Source: an uncultured virus (IMG/VR IMGVR_UViG_3300032257_000003) (taxonomy: Duplodnaviria > Heunggongvirae > Uroviricota > Caudoviricetes). Taken from it: 36,949 nucleotides of DNA. The translations under genes and the position numbers were made by a program. Positions 28,215-36,228 of the stretch are shown here, piece after piece (position 1 is the first letter of the stretch; each line of letters opens with the position of its first letter). The notes beneath the pieces are model-generated. The model was not told the DNA's origin. It made no database searches and saw nothing but the letters and a program-made list of their open reading frames with translations. The DNA lies in IMG/VR virus record IMGVR_UViG_3300032257_000003. One strand, given 5' to 3'.

Positions 28215-28403
28215 TTAGTTGTTGGCTTTATAAACCTGAGTTACATATTTAGTAAAATTGTCTGTATCAGCAAAATAGTTAGGATATGCATTTTTTAGAT
28301 CTCTAAGAGATTCTGCTGATACTAGAACTAGATTTTTTGGCGAATCGTCTCTGTATTTTTCTTCACTTATATAAACCCATTTAATATTGTATTTATTTTT
28401 AAG
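28215..28403 (-). pseudogene. Start-less fragment resembling the C-terminus of CapRel-type RelA/SpoT-domain proteins
   Basis: Open frame ...YISEEKYRDDSPKNLVLVSAESLRDLKNAYPNYFADTDNFTKYV...; no ATG/GTG/TTG in frame. Confidence 0.65.
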
Positions 28404-29195
28404 TTATATAGCATCAAGCGTCATTAACAAAATTTCTTTAGTTATTGTTTTAGTATGTGTACGTAACATGTTTTTATAAAGCGCGGCAATAACTCGGCTT
28501 TTTTGATCGGCATCGAGTTTAATCTGATCTTCAGTACACGTTTCTTCTGTGTATGAAATAGCTAGTTTTAATAACTCTAAATTGATTTTTGCAGGTTCTT
28601 TTTCAGATGAATCATATAGCTGTGATTCGCCTTTAAATGATTTTGATTCAAAATTTAAAAGGGCATCTTCAGCATTACCAATTATATCCTGGTTACCCAT
28701 TTTCCCTGCATATAATCGGCGCATTGTAAATTCATCTAATGCTATTTCACTAGCTGCAATGGGTTGCATTTTTAGAGTGGACAGGGTTTCAGGCCCAATA
28801 GGCCCAGCGATAATTTCAACAGCGGTGTAACTAAATTCGTTTTTAGAAACCTGCATAACGCAAGGCAAGGTAAGAATAATTGCCGGATAAAGTGGGTTGT
28901 TTAATACCACAATTTGCCAGCCTTCATCTTCTATATGTGTGCTTAAAAGCTGGCTTGTTTCATCGTCTGTAGTGGCGTGATGCACCATATAAGGTTCACC
29001 TGAACCATTTAACAACCAGGACAAAGACACGTTTTCAGCCTTACTGATAGGAATTAATTTTTCAGGCCCTAATGTGTGCCCGTTTTTTATTCTGGTAACG
29101 TCAGCGGCCTTTAAACCAATGCTTTTAGCCCATGGCGTCATTTTCCTTTTGCCGAGAATATAGCTGATCCGGCCAAAAAACGTATTATTTATCAT
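28404..29195 (-). CDS. CI-like repressor (XRE HTH)
   Basis: WAKSIGL..VTRIKNG...NVSLSWLLNGSGEP; divergent from the early operon; start at 29195 or 29225 uncertain. Confidence 0.8.
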   Translation of the reverse strand: MINNTFFGRISYILGKRKMTPWAKSIGLKAADVTRIKNGHTLGPEKLIPISKAENVSLSWLLNGSGEPYMVHHATTDDETSQLLSTHIEDEGWQIVVLNNPLYPAIILTLPCVMQVSKNEFSYTAVEIIAGPIGPETLSTLKMQPIAASEIALDEFTMRRLYAGKMGNQDIIGNAEDALLNFESKSFKGESQLYDSSEKEPAKINLELLKLAISYTEETCTEDQIKLDADQKSRVIAALYKNMLRTHTKTITKEILLMTLDAI

Positions 29196-29264
29196 ATTAT
29201 TTATTTGACAAGTATGATTTATCATACTATTGTTTATACAGTAGTTAATGTAATACATATTACA
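29181..29264. promoter_or_regulatory. Lysis-lysogeny switch: rightward sigma70 promoter with operators
   Basis: TTGACA(29205)-17 bp-TATTGT; palindrome AGTATGAT-TT-ATCATACT (29211-29228) and degenerate copy (29181-29198); TGTAATA-CA-TATTACA (29249-29264). Confidence 0.8.
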
Positions 29265-29278
29265 CCAAGGACTTAGTT

Positions 29279-29491
29279 ATGAATACAGAGCAGAAAAAAG
29301 AATCAGTTACACGCGCATTGCGTATGCCAGCTGAACTTTCAGACAAGTTAAATAAAGTAGTAAAGCGTGAGCGCCGCAACTTTAACCAGCAAACCCAGAT
29401 TTTTATTGAAGATGGCTTAGCGGCATATGAGGCAAAACAAGCCAAAATTAAAGAAATTGAAGCGAAGTTAGAAGAGGAGAAAGTAGCGTGA
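29279..29491 (+). CDS. Arc-like ribbon-helix-helix repressor
   Basis: ALRMPAELSDKL...ERRNFNQQ pattern. Confidence 0.8.
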   Translation: MNTEQKKESVTRALRMPAELSDKLNKVVKRERRNFNQQTQIFIEDGLAAYEAKQAKIKEIEAKLEEEKVA

Positions 29492-30132
29492 ATACTTTGA
29501 ATGATATTCAAATAGCGGTGCTTGAAGACGATAAAGCAGAAATAAATACATATCTTCAAGAGCTCGATCGTAAAACAGAAAGCAAGATGTATTTGCAGGC
29601 TGCTGAACATTGTGGATTCAAAACAGTTGAACTTCATGGACGCAGATTCGCTATGAGGGCCGAAATAGCCACTGTTATGGGGTACAAAGACGAGTCTGGT
29701 TTGCGCAAGTTATGCCAGAGATACGATTTAGAGACCCTGTCACCCGCATCATTCGGACAAAATGTCCGGAAGTTAATTTCAAATGAACTCGGCTTACACC
29801 CTAAGGATGGCCGTTCTGTTTTAGTGACATGGGATGTTTTTTTACTTGCGGGCATGGCAGGCACTACCGATGCAGCAAAGCAGATAAAACTGTATTTGTT
29901 AAAAATGGAAAAAGCGGGGCGTGTTGCTAGTGGGGTTGTTGATGGTGCAAACCGGCATGATACCGGTATAAATCGGGTTGAGAAAATAGTAAAAATTGTT
30001 GATAGAGCAACCCGTATACCTGACATATTTGCAAAAAACAATATGTATAAACTTTTGAATAAAGAACTTGCTGGCATTGTTAGGTTGCCAGTGCAAACAG
30101 AGCTATTGCCTTCTGACGAAAAAAGTAGCTGA
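29488..30132 (+). CDS. Antirepressor-like (BRO-N-type) DNA-binding protein
   Basis: EIATVMGYKD...LRKL, FLLAGM...AAKQIK; follows the Arc-like gene. Confidence 0.55.
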   Translation: MNTLNDIQIAVLEDDKAEINTYLQELDRKTESKMYLQAAEHCGFKTVELHGRRFAMRAEIATVMGYKDESGLRKLCQRYDLETLSPASFGQNVRKLISNELGLHPKDGRSVLVTWDVFLLAGMAGTTDAAKQIKLYLLKMEKAGRVASGVVDGANRHDTGINRVEKIVKIVDRATRIPDIFAKNNMYKLLNKELAGIVRLPVQTELLPSDEKSS

Positions 30133-30144
30133 TAAGTAATAAGT

Positions 30145-30254
30145 GGGCTAACAAGAGTTACAGCTCCTGTTAGCCCTGTTGAGGGTACTGGCTTGAACAC
30201 CGTTTCTCCTCCCGCAATAGTTTAATCATTGCGAGAAGAGCTTACCAGTGCCTT
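30145..30254. ncRNA. Candidate structured RNA
   Basis: Two 13-bp hairpins plus an enclosing 10-bp stem. Confidence 0.4.
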
Positions 30255-30290
30255 ATTTAATTTCTACGTGAATAAGGGGCGTTTTTCACA

Positions 30291-30755
30291 ATGTCACATA
30301 AATCAATTAGTGATATAGACCAGGCAAAGCACGATATTGTGCATGCTGGCAAGTTCACACCTAAAGAGCTCGCAGAGCTTACCAGCATTTCATATGGCAC
30401 CTTGTGTAATAAGGTGCACGTTAAATCACCTAACCATTTTTTAATGGTTGATGAATCATTAAAAATTCAAAAAATTCAAGATGTGCGTTATTTAATTGAG
30501 GCCGAATGCCGTGAGTTAGGTGGCGTTTATATTCAGGTGCCTGATGAAATTCATAATACCTCTGATGTTGATTTAATTGCCGCCTGGGCGGCATGGCATA
30601 AAGACACAGCAGAAACCTGCACAGCTATTAGTGAAGCATTAAAATCAAAATCAATAACAAAAGATCATTTGAAAAAAATTCGTAAAGAAATGTTTGAAGA
30701 TTTTCAACGCGAATTAGAGCTATTTCATCGAATGGAGGTGCTTTGTGATGAGTAA
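30291..30755 (+). CDS. CII-like regulator (CP76 family)
   Basis: ELAELT..YGTLCNKV..NHFL...CRELGGVYIQVP. Confidence 0.8.
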   Translation: MSHKSISDIDQAKHDIVHAGKFTPKELAELTSISYGTLCNKVHVKSPNHFLMVDESLKIQKIQDVRYLIEAECRELGGVYIQVPDEIHNTSDVDLIAAWAAWHKDTAETCTAISEALKSKSITKDHLKKIRKEMFEDFQRELELFHRMEVLCDE

Positions 30756-30960
30756 CAGTCCATTAGCAATTACGCCACCAGAAGCATTAAAAAATCAAGG
30801 CATTACCCAGGCAAAAGACAACATACCAGAAGGTAAAGAGGTGTGTGTGTCTGGTTCATTAATTTTTCAATTTTTTAGCAAAGAACTACAAGCGCGATTT
30901 ATTAAAGGTGGCCAGCATGGCAACACAAATGAGTCTGCCAGGGTTAAATCTGGCAAGTGA
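30745..30960 (+). CDS. Hypothetical protein
   Basis: GGAGG SD; overlaps neighbours. Confidence 0.55.
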   Translation: MMSNSPLAITPPEALKNQGITQAKDNIPEGKEVCVSGSLIFQFFSKELQARFIKGGQHGNTNESARVKSGK

Positions 30961-31111
30961 TGAAGTGGCGCTACGTAATGCCTGGGCAAGTGTGCCAGGT
31001 GTTAATAAGAGCGACTTCAATTCTAGGGTTGAGTTAGGTGCAATTCGAATTTGTTTAGTTCGTATTGCCGAGGCACAGATGAAGAGGGCTAAAAAATGTC
31101 AGCGAAATTGA
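30917..31111 (+). CDS. Hypothetical protein
   Basis: AGGTG SD before ATG 30917. Confidence 0.55.
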   Translation: MATQMSLPGLNLASDEVALRNAWASVPGVNKSDFNSRVELGAIRICLVRIAEAQMKRAKKCQRN

Positions 31112-31446
31112 TAAAAATAATAGCAACAAAAATGCCAGCTAAGAAAAATAAAACTATGCGGGCATGGGTAAAAGCGAACGAATTGGTTGAACAGGGGCAA
31201 GGTATTACATTTTTCCCGTATTTTTGTAATGAAGGTAGCCACTATTCTTTGCATTTGTTCTTTTTTAGTAAAAACAAGCAGAAAAATATTGAAGTAATAA
31301 ATGGGTGTTGGGTTAAAGACTACATATTTAAAACAGGCGTTAAGTTGTTACCTATGGCTGTTTCATATTCTGATGATGGTAGACCTACAGCTGTTTTAAT
31401 AGAGTTTTCAATAGTAAGCACATTAGAGAGTTTATTTTCAAATTAA
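31096..31446 (+). CDS. Hypothetical protein
   Basis: Operon packing; GAGG SD. Confidence 0.6.
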   Translation: MSAKLIKIIATKMPAKKNKTMRAWVKANELVEQGQGITFFPYFCNEGSHYSLHLFFFSKNKQKNIEVINGCWVKDYIFKTGVKLLPMAVSYSDDGRPTAVLIEFSIVSTLESLFSN

Positions 31447-31471
31447 AGGTTAAGCCGAAGGAGGTAAGCCA

Positions 31472-32080
31472 ATGAGTTATTCAAGAAAACAGTTTGAACG
31501 TTATTTGACAGAAGATGATGAAAATAAACTTTTTAAATATGTGGCTAAGTTTGCTGATGTTATGTCACGACGAGATTATGCGTGGATGGGAATATTGAGA
31601 CAAAGCGGAATGAGAGTTAAAGCAATGTCTCTATTTACCGTGAGTGATGCACGTAAAACATTATCTACGGGTTATTTTCATATCAGGGCTGAAACCAATA
31701 AAGGCTGTAAAGCGCATACATGCAGAGCCAATAAAAAAGCATTAACACATTTACGGGCTTTGTTATTGATTCGGCTTGAAATGGGGTATGTTGAGTTACC
31801 AAACAAGCCGTTGGTTATGAGTAGAAATCATAAAGGTTTGAGCATTCGCAGTTATCAGGAGCGTATGAAGCATTGGCGAATTGCTGCAGGTTTAGGCTGT
31901 GATGCATCACCGCACTGGTTTCGTCACACATTGGCAAAACGAATTATTAAAACATCTGTTAGCCGTAACCCATTAGCTATTGTGCAGGTAGCTCTTGGGC
32001 ATTCATCTATTACCAGTAGTGGCGTGTATACCATGCCAGATAAAGAAGAAATGGAGCTCAGCATGGAGGCTGCATCATGA
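31472..32080 (+). CDS. Tyrosine recombinase, catalytic domain only (FimB/FimE-sized)
   Basis: SGMR, K, HWFRH, LGH, catalytic Y in GVYT; 202 aa; GGAGG SD. Confidence 0.9.
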   Translation: MSYSRKQFERYLTEDDENKLFKYVAKFADVMSRRDYAWMGILRQSGMRVKAMSLFTVSDARKTLSTGYFHIRAETNKGCKAHTCRANKKALTHLRALLLIRLEMGYVELPNKPLVMSRNHKGLSIRSYQERMKHWRIAAGLGCDASPHWFRHTLAKRIIKTSVSRNPLAIVQVALGHSSITSSGVYTMPDKEEMELSMEAAS

Positions 32081-32292
32081 GTTTAAAAACAGCTGATGAT
32101 ATTTCAAAAACAATAACTGATTCATTAGCGGCATTATCAATTGAAAGCACAGGTAACGTTTCTGCTGCATATTGTCACGGCTATTTTAAATCATATGTAG
32201 CGTCTTTTGTTGCTGGGCTTCCAGGTAAGTATCGAAATGAATTTATTTACGATTTAAAAAATATGGCGGTTAATAACAATGGAGCTGATTAA
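32077..32292 (+). CDS. Hypothetical protein
   Basis: ATGA coupling. Confidence 0.65.
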   Translation: MSLKTADDISKTITDSLAALSIESTGNVSAAYCHGYFKSYVASFVAGLPGKYRNEFIYDLKNMAVNNNGAD

Positions 32293-32602
32293 TACAATTC
32301 AAAAGTGCCCTGTTTGTGATGGTTTAGGTGAGAAATATAACGCTGACTGGAACGATTATATACAGGCCTGCACACACTCAGGTTTATGTGGTTATGTTTC
32401 GCATGCTATGCATCAAACAGAGTTTTTTAAGGGCAGAGGTTATAAGGCAATACCTAACGTTATTGAGCCTTGTGACTGCTGTGAAGGTGGTGGGCGAGTA
32501 GTTGGTAGCATCACATTAAACGATTATTACAAACTGCCTGCTAAAACCGCTTCCGAGCTCGGGTTTAGCAGGGTTAAAAAAGTAAGCTCGGGACGGCTTT
32601 AA
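32279..32602 (+). CDS. Protein with DnaJ-type CxxCxGxG zinc motifs
   Basis: CPVCDGLG and CDCCEGGG. Confidence 0.65.
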   Translation: MELINTIQKCPVCDGLGEKYNADWNDYIQACTHSGLCGYVSHAMHQTEFFKGRGYKAIPNVIEPCDCCEGGGRVVGSITLNDYYKLPAKTASELGFSRVKKVSSGRL

Positions 32603-32622
32603 AGCATGGTCATGCTTTAAAG
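32597..32622. repeat. 26-bp palindrome
   Basis: CTTTAAAGCATG-GT-CATGCTTTAAAG, perfect 12-bp arms. Confidence 0.9.
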
Positions 32623-32624
32623 AT

Positions 32625-32719
32625 CTGGTAGACCTGGACATGTGCTAATAGCGAACCTCCTGCGTGTCTTATAACCAGTTTTAATAAGGGAAAACCGCAA
32701 GGCGAGTACCTTTTATTAA
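32625..32719 (+). ncRNA. Candidate structured RNA with GNRA loop and loop-E/sarcin-ricin-like motif
   Basis: TTAATAAGG-GAAAA-CC-GCAA-GG-CG-AGTA-CCTTTTATTAA, preceded by a CTGGT...ACCAG-closed stem. Confidence 0.45.
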
Positions 32720-32736
32720 TCAGTGGAGAAAATATT

Positions 32737-32964
32737 ATGAATATTGAAGTTTATTACGCTTTTACAGCTGGCCTTGCATATGCATACATAGGCCTGATGG
32801 TTTTACTTATGTCTATGGAATCTGCAGATAGAGCCGTTGAATTGTGGGTTGATGACAGTTTATTTAAGAGCTTGTTTTTGCTGCTTACATGGCCAATAAG
32901 CATAACGTGTTTGTTGTGTGTTGCCTGGTTCAAAAAAATTGGCAGATATCTTAGTGGCTACTAA
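32737..32964 (+). CDS. Small membrane protein
   Basis: Two TM helices; GGAG SD. Confidence 0.65.
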   Translation: MNIEVYYAFTAGLAYAYIGLMVLLMSMESADRAVELWVDDSLFKSLFLLLTWPISITCLLCVAWFKKIGRYLSGY

Positions 32965-33226
32965 AAGTACGTGCTATTGGTCGCCTGACCATGTTCAGGC
33001 GAAACCTATAGTTCGTTTAGTTAGTGATAAGCGTCGATATGTATATGTTGATGAGTTACCCGACACTAAGAAAACTAAATTTTTAGCCGCGGCTGAAAAA
33101 TTGAATAAAAAATATCATGACGTTATTGAAAATGACGCTCTGTTACAGGCTTTAAAATCACACTTCAACGCTTCGTTAGTTGTGCAGCAAAGCGCATTTG
33201 ATAGAGCGATGAAGACTAACAAATAA
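32954..33226 (+). CDS. Hypothetical protein
   Basis: Operon packing; GTG 32954 preferred over 32918. Confidence 0.55.
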   Translation: MATKSTCYWSPDHVQAKPIVRLVSDKRRYVYVDELPDTKKTKFLAAAEKLNKKYHDVIENDALLQALKSHFNASLVVQQSAFDRAMKTNK

Positions 33227-33300
33227 AACCAGCACACCATAACTATATTTTGTTCTCGTACTAAGTAGGTGGGTGGTTTTTTTAATAATAGGAAAGTGAA

Positions 33301-33600
33301 ATGAGTGATTTAACTAATGAAATTAAGAGCCAACAAAGAGTAGCGGCTGAAAACGTTATTCTTTTAGATTTGCGTAAAAAAGGTCTGCTTGAAGATAACC
33401 AAATAATAAGGCCGGTTAATGGCTCCAAGATGGCTAAGGCTAAAAATGACTGGTTTGCATCAAAAGTAGGCCAAAGCTGCTTGAAACCTGAAATTTTATA
33501 TAACCCTGAAGCGGGTCAAAAATACTTAAAAGAGAGGTTAGAAGCAGCCTTTATAGCAGGTGCACAGGCATCAATAGCTATATTGGGTGCAAGAAAATGA
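33301..33600 (+). CDS. Hypothetical protein
   Basis: AGGA SD. Confidence 0.65.
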   Translation: MSDLTNEIKSQQRVAAENVILLDLRKKGLLEDNQIIRPVNGSKMAKAKNDWFASKVGQSCLKPEILYNPEAGQKYLKERLEAAFIAGAQASIAILGARK

Positions 33601-33908
33601 AACGTCTAATTTTAATAATTTTAGTTGCCTTGGTATTTATCTTTTCATTTTTTCACCCATGTTCAGCTAAGGCTAATGGCTATTATGTATTTGGCGGTGC
33701 CTTTGCTTATAACGATGGCGATAATGGCACAGAACCAGATTATGACGGTTTAAGCCCAAATGGTTATTTCGGTATTAAATACATGTATGAATTTGATGAT
33801 TTTATATATGTTCAGGCAGGGCTAAAACATGAAACTAGCATGTCATATCGTGAGGTAGGTTACGGGTTTAACGGTGTTTTTTTTGATGTTAATTTAAAAT
33901 TATTCTGA
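33597..33908 (+). CDS. Small exported, outer-membrane beta-strand-type protein
   Basis: Signal peptide ending AKA, alternating Gly/aromatic strands, terminal Phe. Confidence 0.55.
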   Translation: MKRLILIILVALVFIFSFFHPCSAKANGYYVFGGAFAYNDGDNGTEPDYDGLSPNGYFGIKYMYEFDDFIYVQAGLKHETSMSYREVGYGFNGVFFDVNLKLF

Positions 33909-33916
33909 GGTTTATC

Positions 33917-34459
33917 ATGAGTGTTTATGTTGATGAAATAAGATTTGTTACAGAACAGTGTTGTAATTGTGGTGTGCCATTTGCAATGACTGAAGATTTT
34001 AGACGTAGACGTTTAAACGATCGTAAATCATTTTATTGCCCAAAAGGCCACGGTCAGTCATACACAGGAAAAACAGAAGTTCAGAAATTAAAAGATCAGT
34101 TAAGCCTTAAGCAAGATCAGTTGAATGTGCAGACAGGTAGAGCAATGATTCTTGAAAATCAGCTTGACGATATAGCTAAAACGTATAAGAGAGTACGTGA
34201 ACGAATCAAAAATGGTGTTTGTCCATGCTGCAACAGAACGTTTGAAAACCTACTTAATCACATGAAGAGTGAGCACCCTGATTTTGGTTCACATGAAATA
34301 TTAAAATCACTTCGTTTGGCTTATGGCTTAACACAGTCAGCACTGGCCACAGAGGTAGGTGTTTCAGACGGCTATGTTTCTTTATATGAAAATAACAAGC
34401 CTTTACCTGAATACGCTGAGCAATTACTTAAATCATGGGTAGAAGCTAATGCCGATTAA
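33917..34459 (+). CDS. Zinc-binding / coiled-coil / C2H2 finger / XRE-HTH protein
   Basis: CCNCG..CPKGH; CPCC..F..L..H...H; LRLAYGLTQSALA..YVSLYEN. Confidence 0.7.
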   Translation: MSVYVDEIRFVTEQCCNCGVPFAMTEDFRRRRLNDRKSFYCPKGHGQSYTGKTEVQKLKDQLSLKQDQLNVQTGRAMILENQLDDIAKTYKRVRERIKNGVCPCCNRTFENLLNHMKSEHPDFGSHEILKSLRLAYGLTQSALATEVGVSDGYVSLYENNKPLPEYAEQLLKSWVEANAD

Positions 34460-34718
34460 TTTACCGTCATGTTTTAAGAGAAAGCTGGGTGTTAATGCCT
34501 GTGTAGAAAACTGCCCTGTTTCTAATGAGTGTTATGGGCTGGCACCTGACAAAGAGTTATTAAATTGCAGTTGTGGCAACAAAGCCACTTCATGGTTTGA
34601 GGGCCAGTGGATTTTATGTGGTTGTAATGGATGTGGTAAAGCGGCCGCCTCTACTAGTATTGAAGCGGCTTATTCTGATTGGAATAATATTATAGATATA
34701 GTAAATGGTGATTTATGA
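34449..34718 (+). CDS. Lar-like restriction alleviation protein
   Basis: LLNCSCG...CNGCG...EAAYSDWN. Confidence 0.55.
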   Translation: MPINLPSCFKRKLGVNACVENCPVSNECYGLAPDKELLNCSCGNKATSWFEGQWILCGCNGCGKAAASTSIEAAYSDWNNIIDIVNGDL

Positions 34719-35005
34719 GTAATTTAAAAAGAAGAAAGGGAGAGATAATAGATTTTATTTTTGAGCTGCTTGAAAATAATTATGAAATCAATCGTGATAA
34801 ATACTTATCTTGTAATGAAATAGTTGAAATACTTAATGAGAAAAAGTCGAGTGTACAAAGCGCACTAACCAGAATGAAAGAGCAGGGCGCACTTTCTCAT
34901 AAGTCAGGCCCTAATCGAAGCAATTTATATCAACACAAGCCTGCTGGTGCTAATGCGCCACTCCCTGGTATTTGGAACCCGGTTGTTAATATGGAAACGA
35001 TTTGA
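34715..35005 (+). CDS. Winged-helix DNA-binding protein
   Basis: EIVEIL..KSSVQSALTRMKEQG. Confidence 0.6.
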   Translation: MSNLKRRKGEIIDFIFELLENNYEINRDKYLSCNEIVEILNEKKSSVQSALTRMKEQGALSHKSGPNRSNLYQHKPAGANAPLPGIWNPVVNMETI

Positions 35006-35035
35006 TTTAATAAAGCAATATCAAAGGAGTAGTGA

Positions 35036-35284
35036 ATGAGTAAAGAAATAGCGCTAGAAAAGCTAACTGAGTACGCTAAGAATAATTTGAAAGACAATCA
35101 GGAATTGTGCTCAGTTTTATTTTCATCAGAAAACATACTAAACGGGCGAATTGGATTACCTGTGCAAATTAAATATAAGCAAACGGCTAGGACTGGGCGA
35201 GTAACAATCAAGAAAGACACTATATATTTTTACCCGCCATTTGACCCGTTTACAGGTGAGTCAACCTCCGATATTAAGGATTAA
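35036..35284 (+). CDS. Hypothetical protein
   Basis: AAGGAG SD. Confidence 0.65.
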   Translation: MSKEIALEKLTEYAKNNLKDNQELCSVLFSSENILNGRIGLPVQIKYKQTARTGRVTIKKDTIYFYPPFDPFTGESTSDIKD

Positions 35285-35286
35285 CA

Positions 35287-35454
35287 ATGCTAAAACTAAC
35301 CTTCTCACTAATGGCGTTATTGCCTTTACTTATTGCCGTACTTCAAAGATACGGCTTAAAGGTTACCTGCTCATTAATACCTTACATAGCTGGTATTGGC
35401 GCTATAGGTTTAATGGGTTTACTTTTAACAATTATTTATGAGGTGTGGGTGTGA
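35287..35454 (+). CDS. 55-aa two-TM membrane protein (not in ORF track)
   Basis: TAAGGA SD 6 nt before ATG; MLKLTFSLMALLPLLIAVLQRY...; GTGA overlap with the next gene. Confidence 0.6.
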   Translation: MLKLTFSLMALLPLLIAVLQRYGLKVTCSLIPYIAGIGAIGLMGLLLTIIYEVWV

Positions 35455-35699
35455 ATATTATTGATAAGAAAGCAGCAATGAATTTAATAAGAAGCATGTC
35501 TGATAATGGGCCTATTCTTCAGTTTATAGATTCTTTAATTGTAACAAAGAGATTGTCTATGCTTGTAAGTGACCCTTATTCAATCAGGATTGATTTTGTA
35601 AGACAGCCTGATGTTTATGATTTTTCGTCAATTGCTAAACAAGAAAGTTACCAGTCACTAAACAAAGGTAAATTAAGTAAAAAGGCTCGTAGACAATGA
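35451..35699 (+). CDS. Hypothetical protein
   Basis: GAGGTG SD; GTG start. Confidence 0.55.
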   Translation: MNIIDKKAAMNLIRSMSDNGPILQFIDSLIVTKRLSMLVSDPYSIRIDFVRQPDVYDFSSIAKQESYQSLNKGKLSKKARRQ

Positions 35700-36025
35700 A
35701 TAACATGACAGATGAAGAACAAAAAGCTTTCAATATTTCCTGTGCTGAGTATATGGGGATAGAGTACAGAGAGACACCATGCGGTTCTTTTGGCGTTGTC
35801 GATGTAAATTTCAAACCTGCCACTGCCAGCAACGACCTTGATCGTGTGATTGAGAAGATGTTATCTGAAAAACTAGTAGAAGAAGTTTGTATGTCTGTAA
35901 CTGAAGGAGAATACATGTGTACTTTTTTAAAAAGTAAATTTACTGGAATAGGTCACATACAACCATCAATGAGACAGGCAAAGACCAAATGTATAGAACA
36001 TGTATTGAGGGGGAGTAGATCATGA
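35696..36025 (+). CDS. Hypothetical protein, NinX-like
   Basis: FKPAT..ND..VIEK pattern; ATGA coupling. Confidence 0.5.
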   Translation: MNNMTDEEQKAFNISCAEYMGIEYRETPCGSFGVVDVNFKPATASNDLDRVIEKMLSEKLVEEVCMSVTEGEYMCTFLKSKFTGIGHIQPSMRQAKTKCIEHVLRGSRS

Positions 36026-36225
36026 GCAAATGGGTAAATGTTACAGTTATTGCTGTAAAAGAATTAATGATTGAAATCGAAGATAGCCAAACAGAAGACG
36101 ATGCCATGAGGCTTGCATGTGATGAAATTCCTGATGGTGATGAATTTGGGGCTTTAGATGTAGAAAGTGAATCTATAGACGCATACAAACGACATGCTGA
36201 TTTAGTTATCAGTCTTAAGGGGTGA
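36022..36225 (+). CDS. Small acidic hypothetical protein
   Basis: GGAG SD; ATGA coupling. Confidence 0.6.
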   Translation: MSKWVNVTVIAVKELMIEIEDSQTEDDAMRLACDEIPDGDEFGALDVESESIDAYKRHADLVISLKG

Positions 36226-36228
36226 GGT

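Noticed and set aside
29196..29258. N-terminal extension of the repressor to 29258
   Set aside because: It runs through the promoter/operator region and is low-complexity Asn/Ile sequence
29634..30200. 188-aa minus-strand ORF and other antisense ORFs in the track (e.g. 19957-20361, 29260-29637, 18955-19275)
   Set aside because: They shadow well-supported plus-strand genes and show no motifs
33225..33283. Intrinsic terminator AAAACCAGCAC...GTGGGTGGTTTTTTT
   Set aside because: Imperfect stem with a loop of about 25-30 nt; too weak to call
35241..35441. 66-aa ORF from the track
   Set aside because: A better ORF at 35287-35454 has an SD, TM helices and coupling to the next gene
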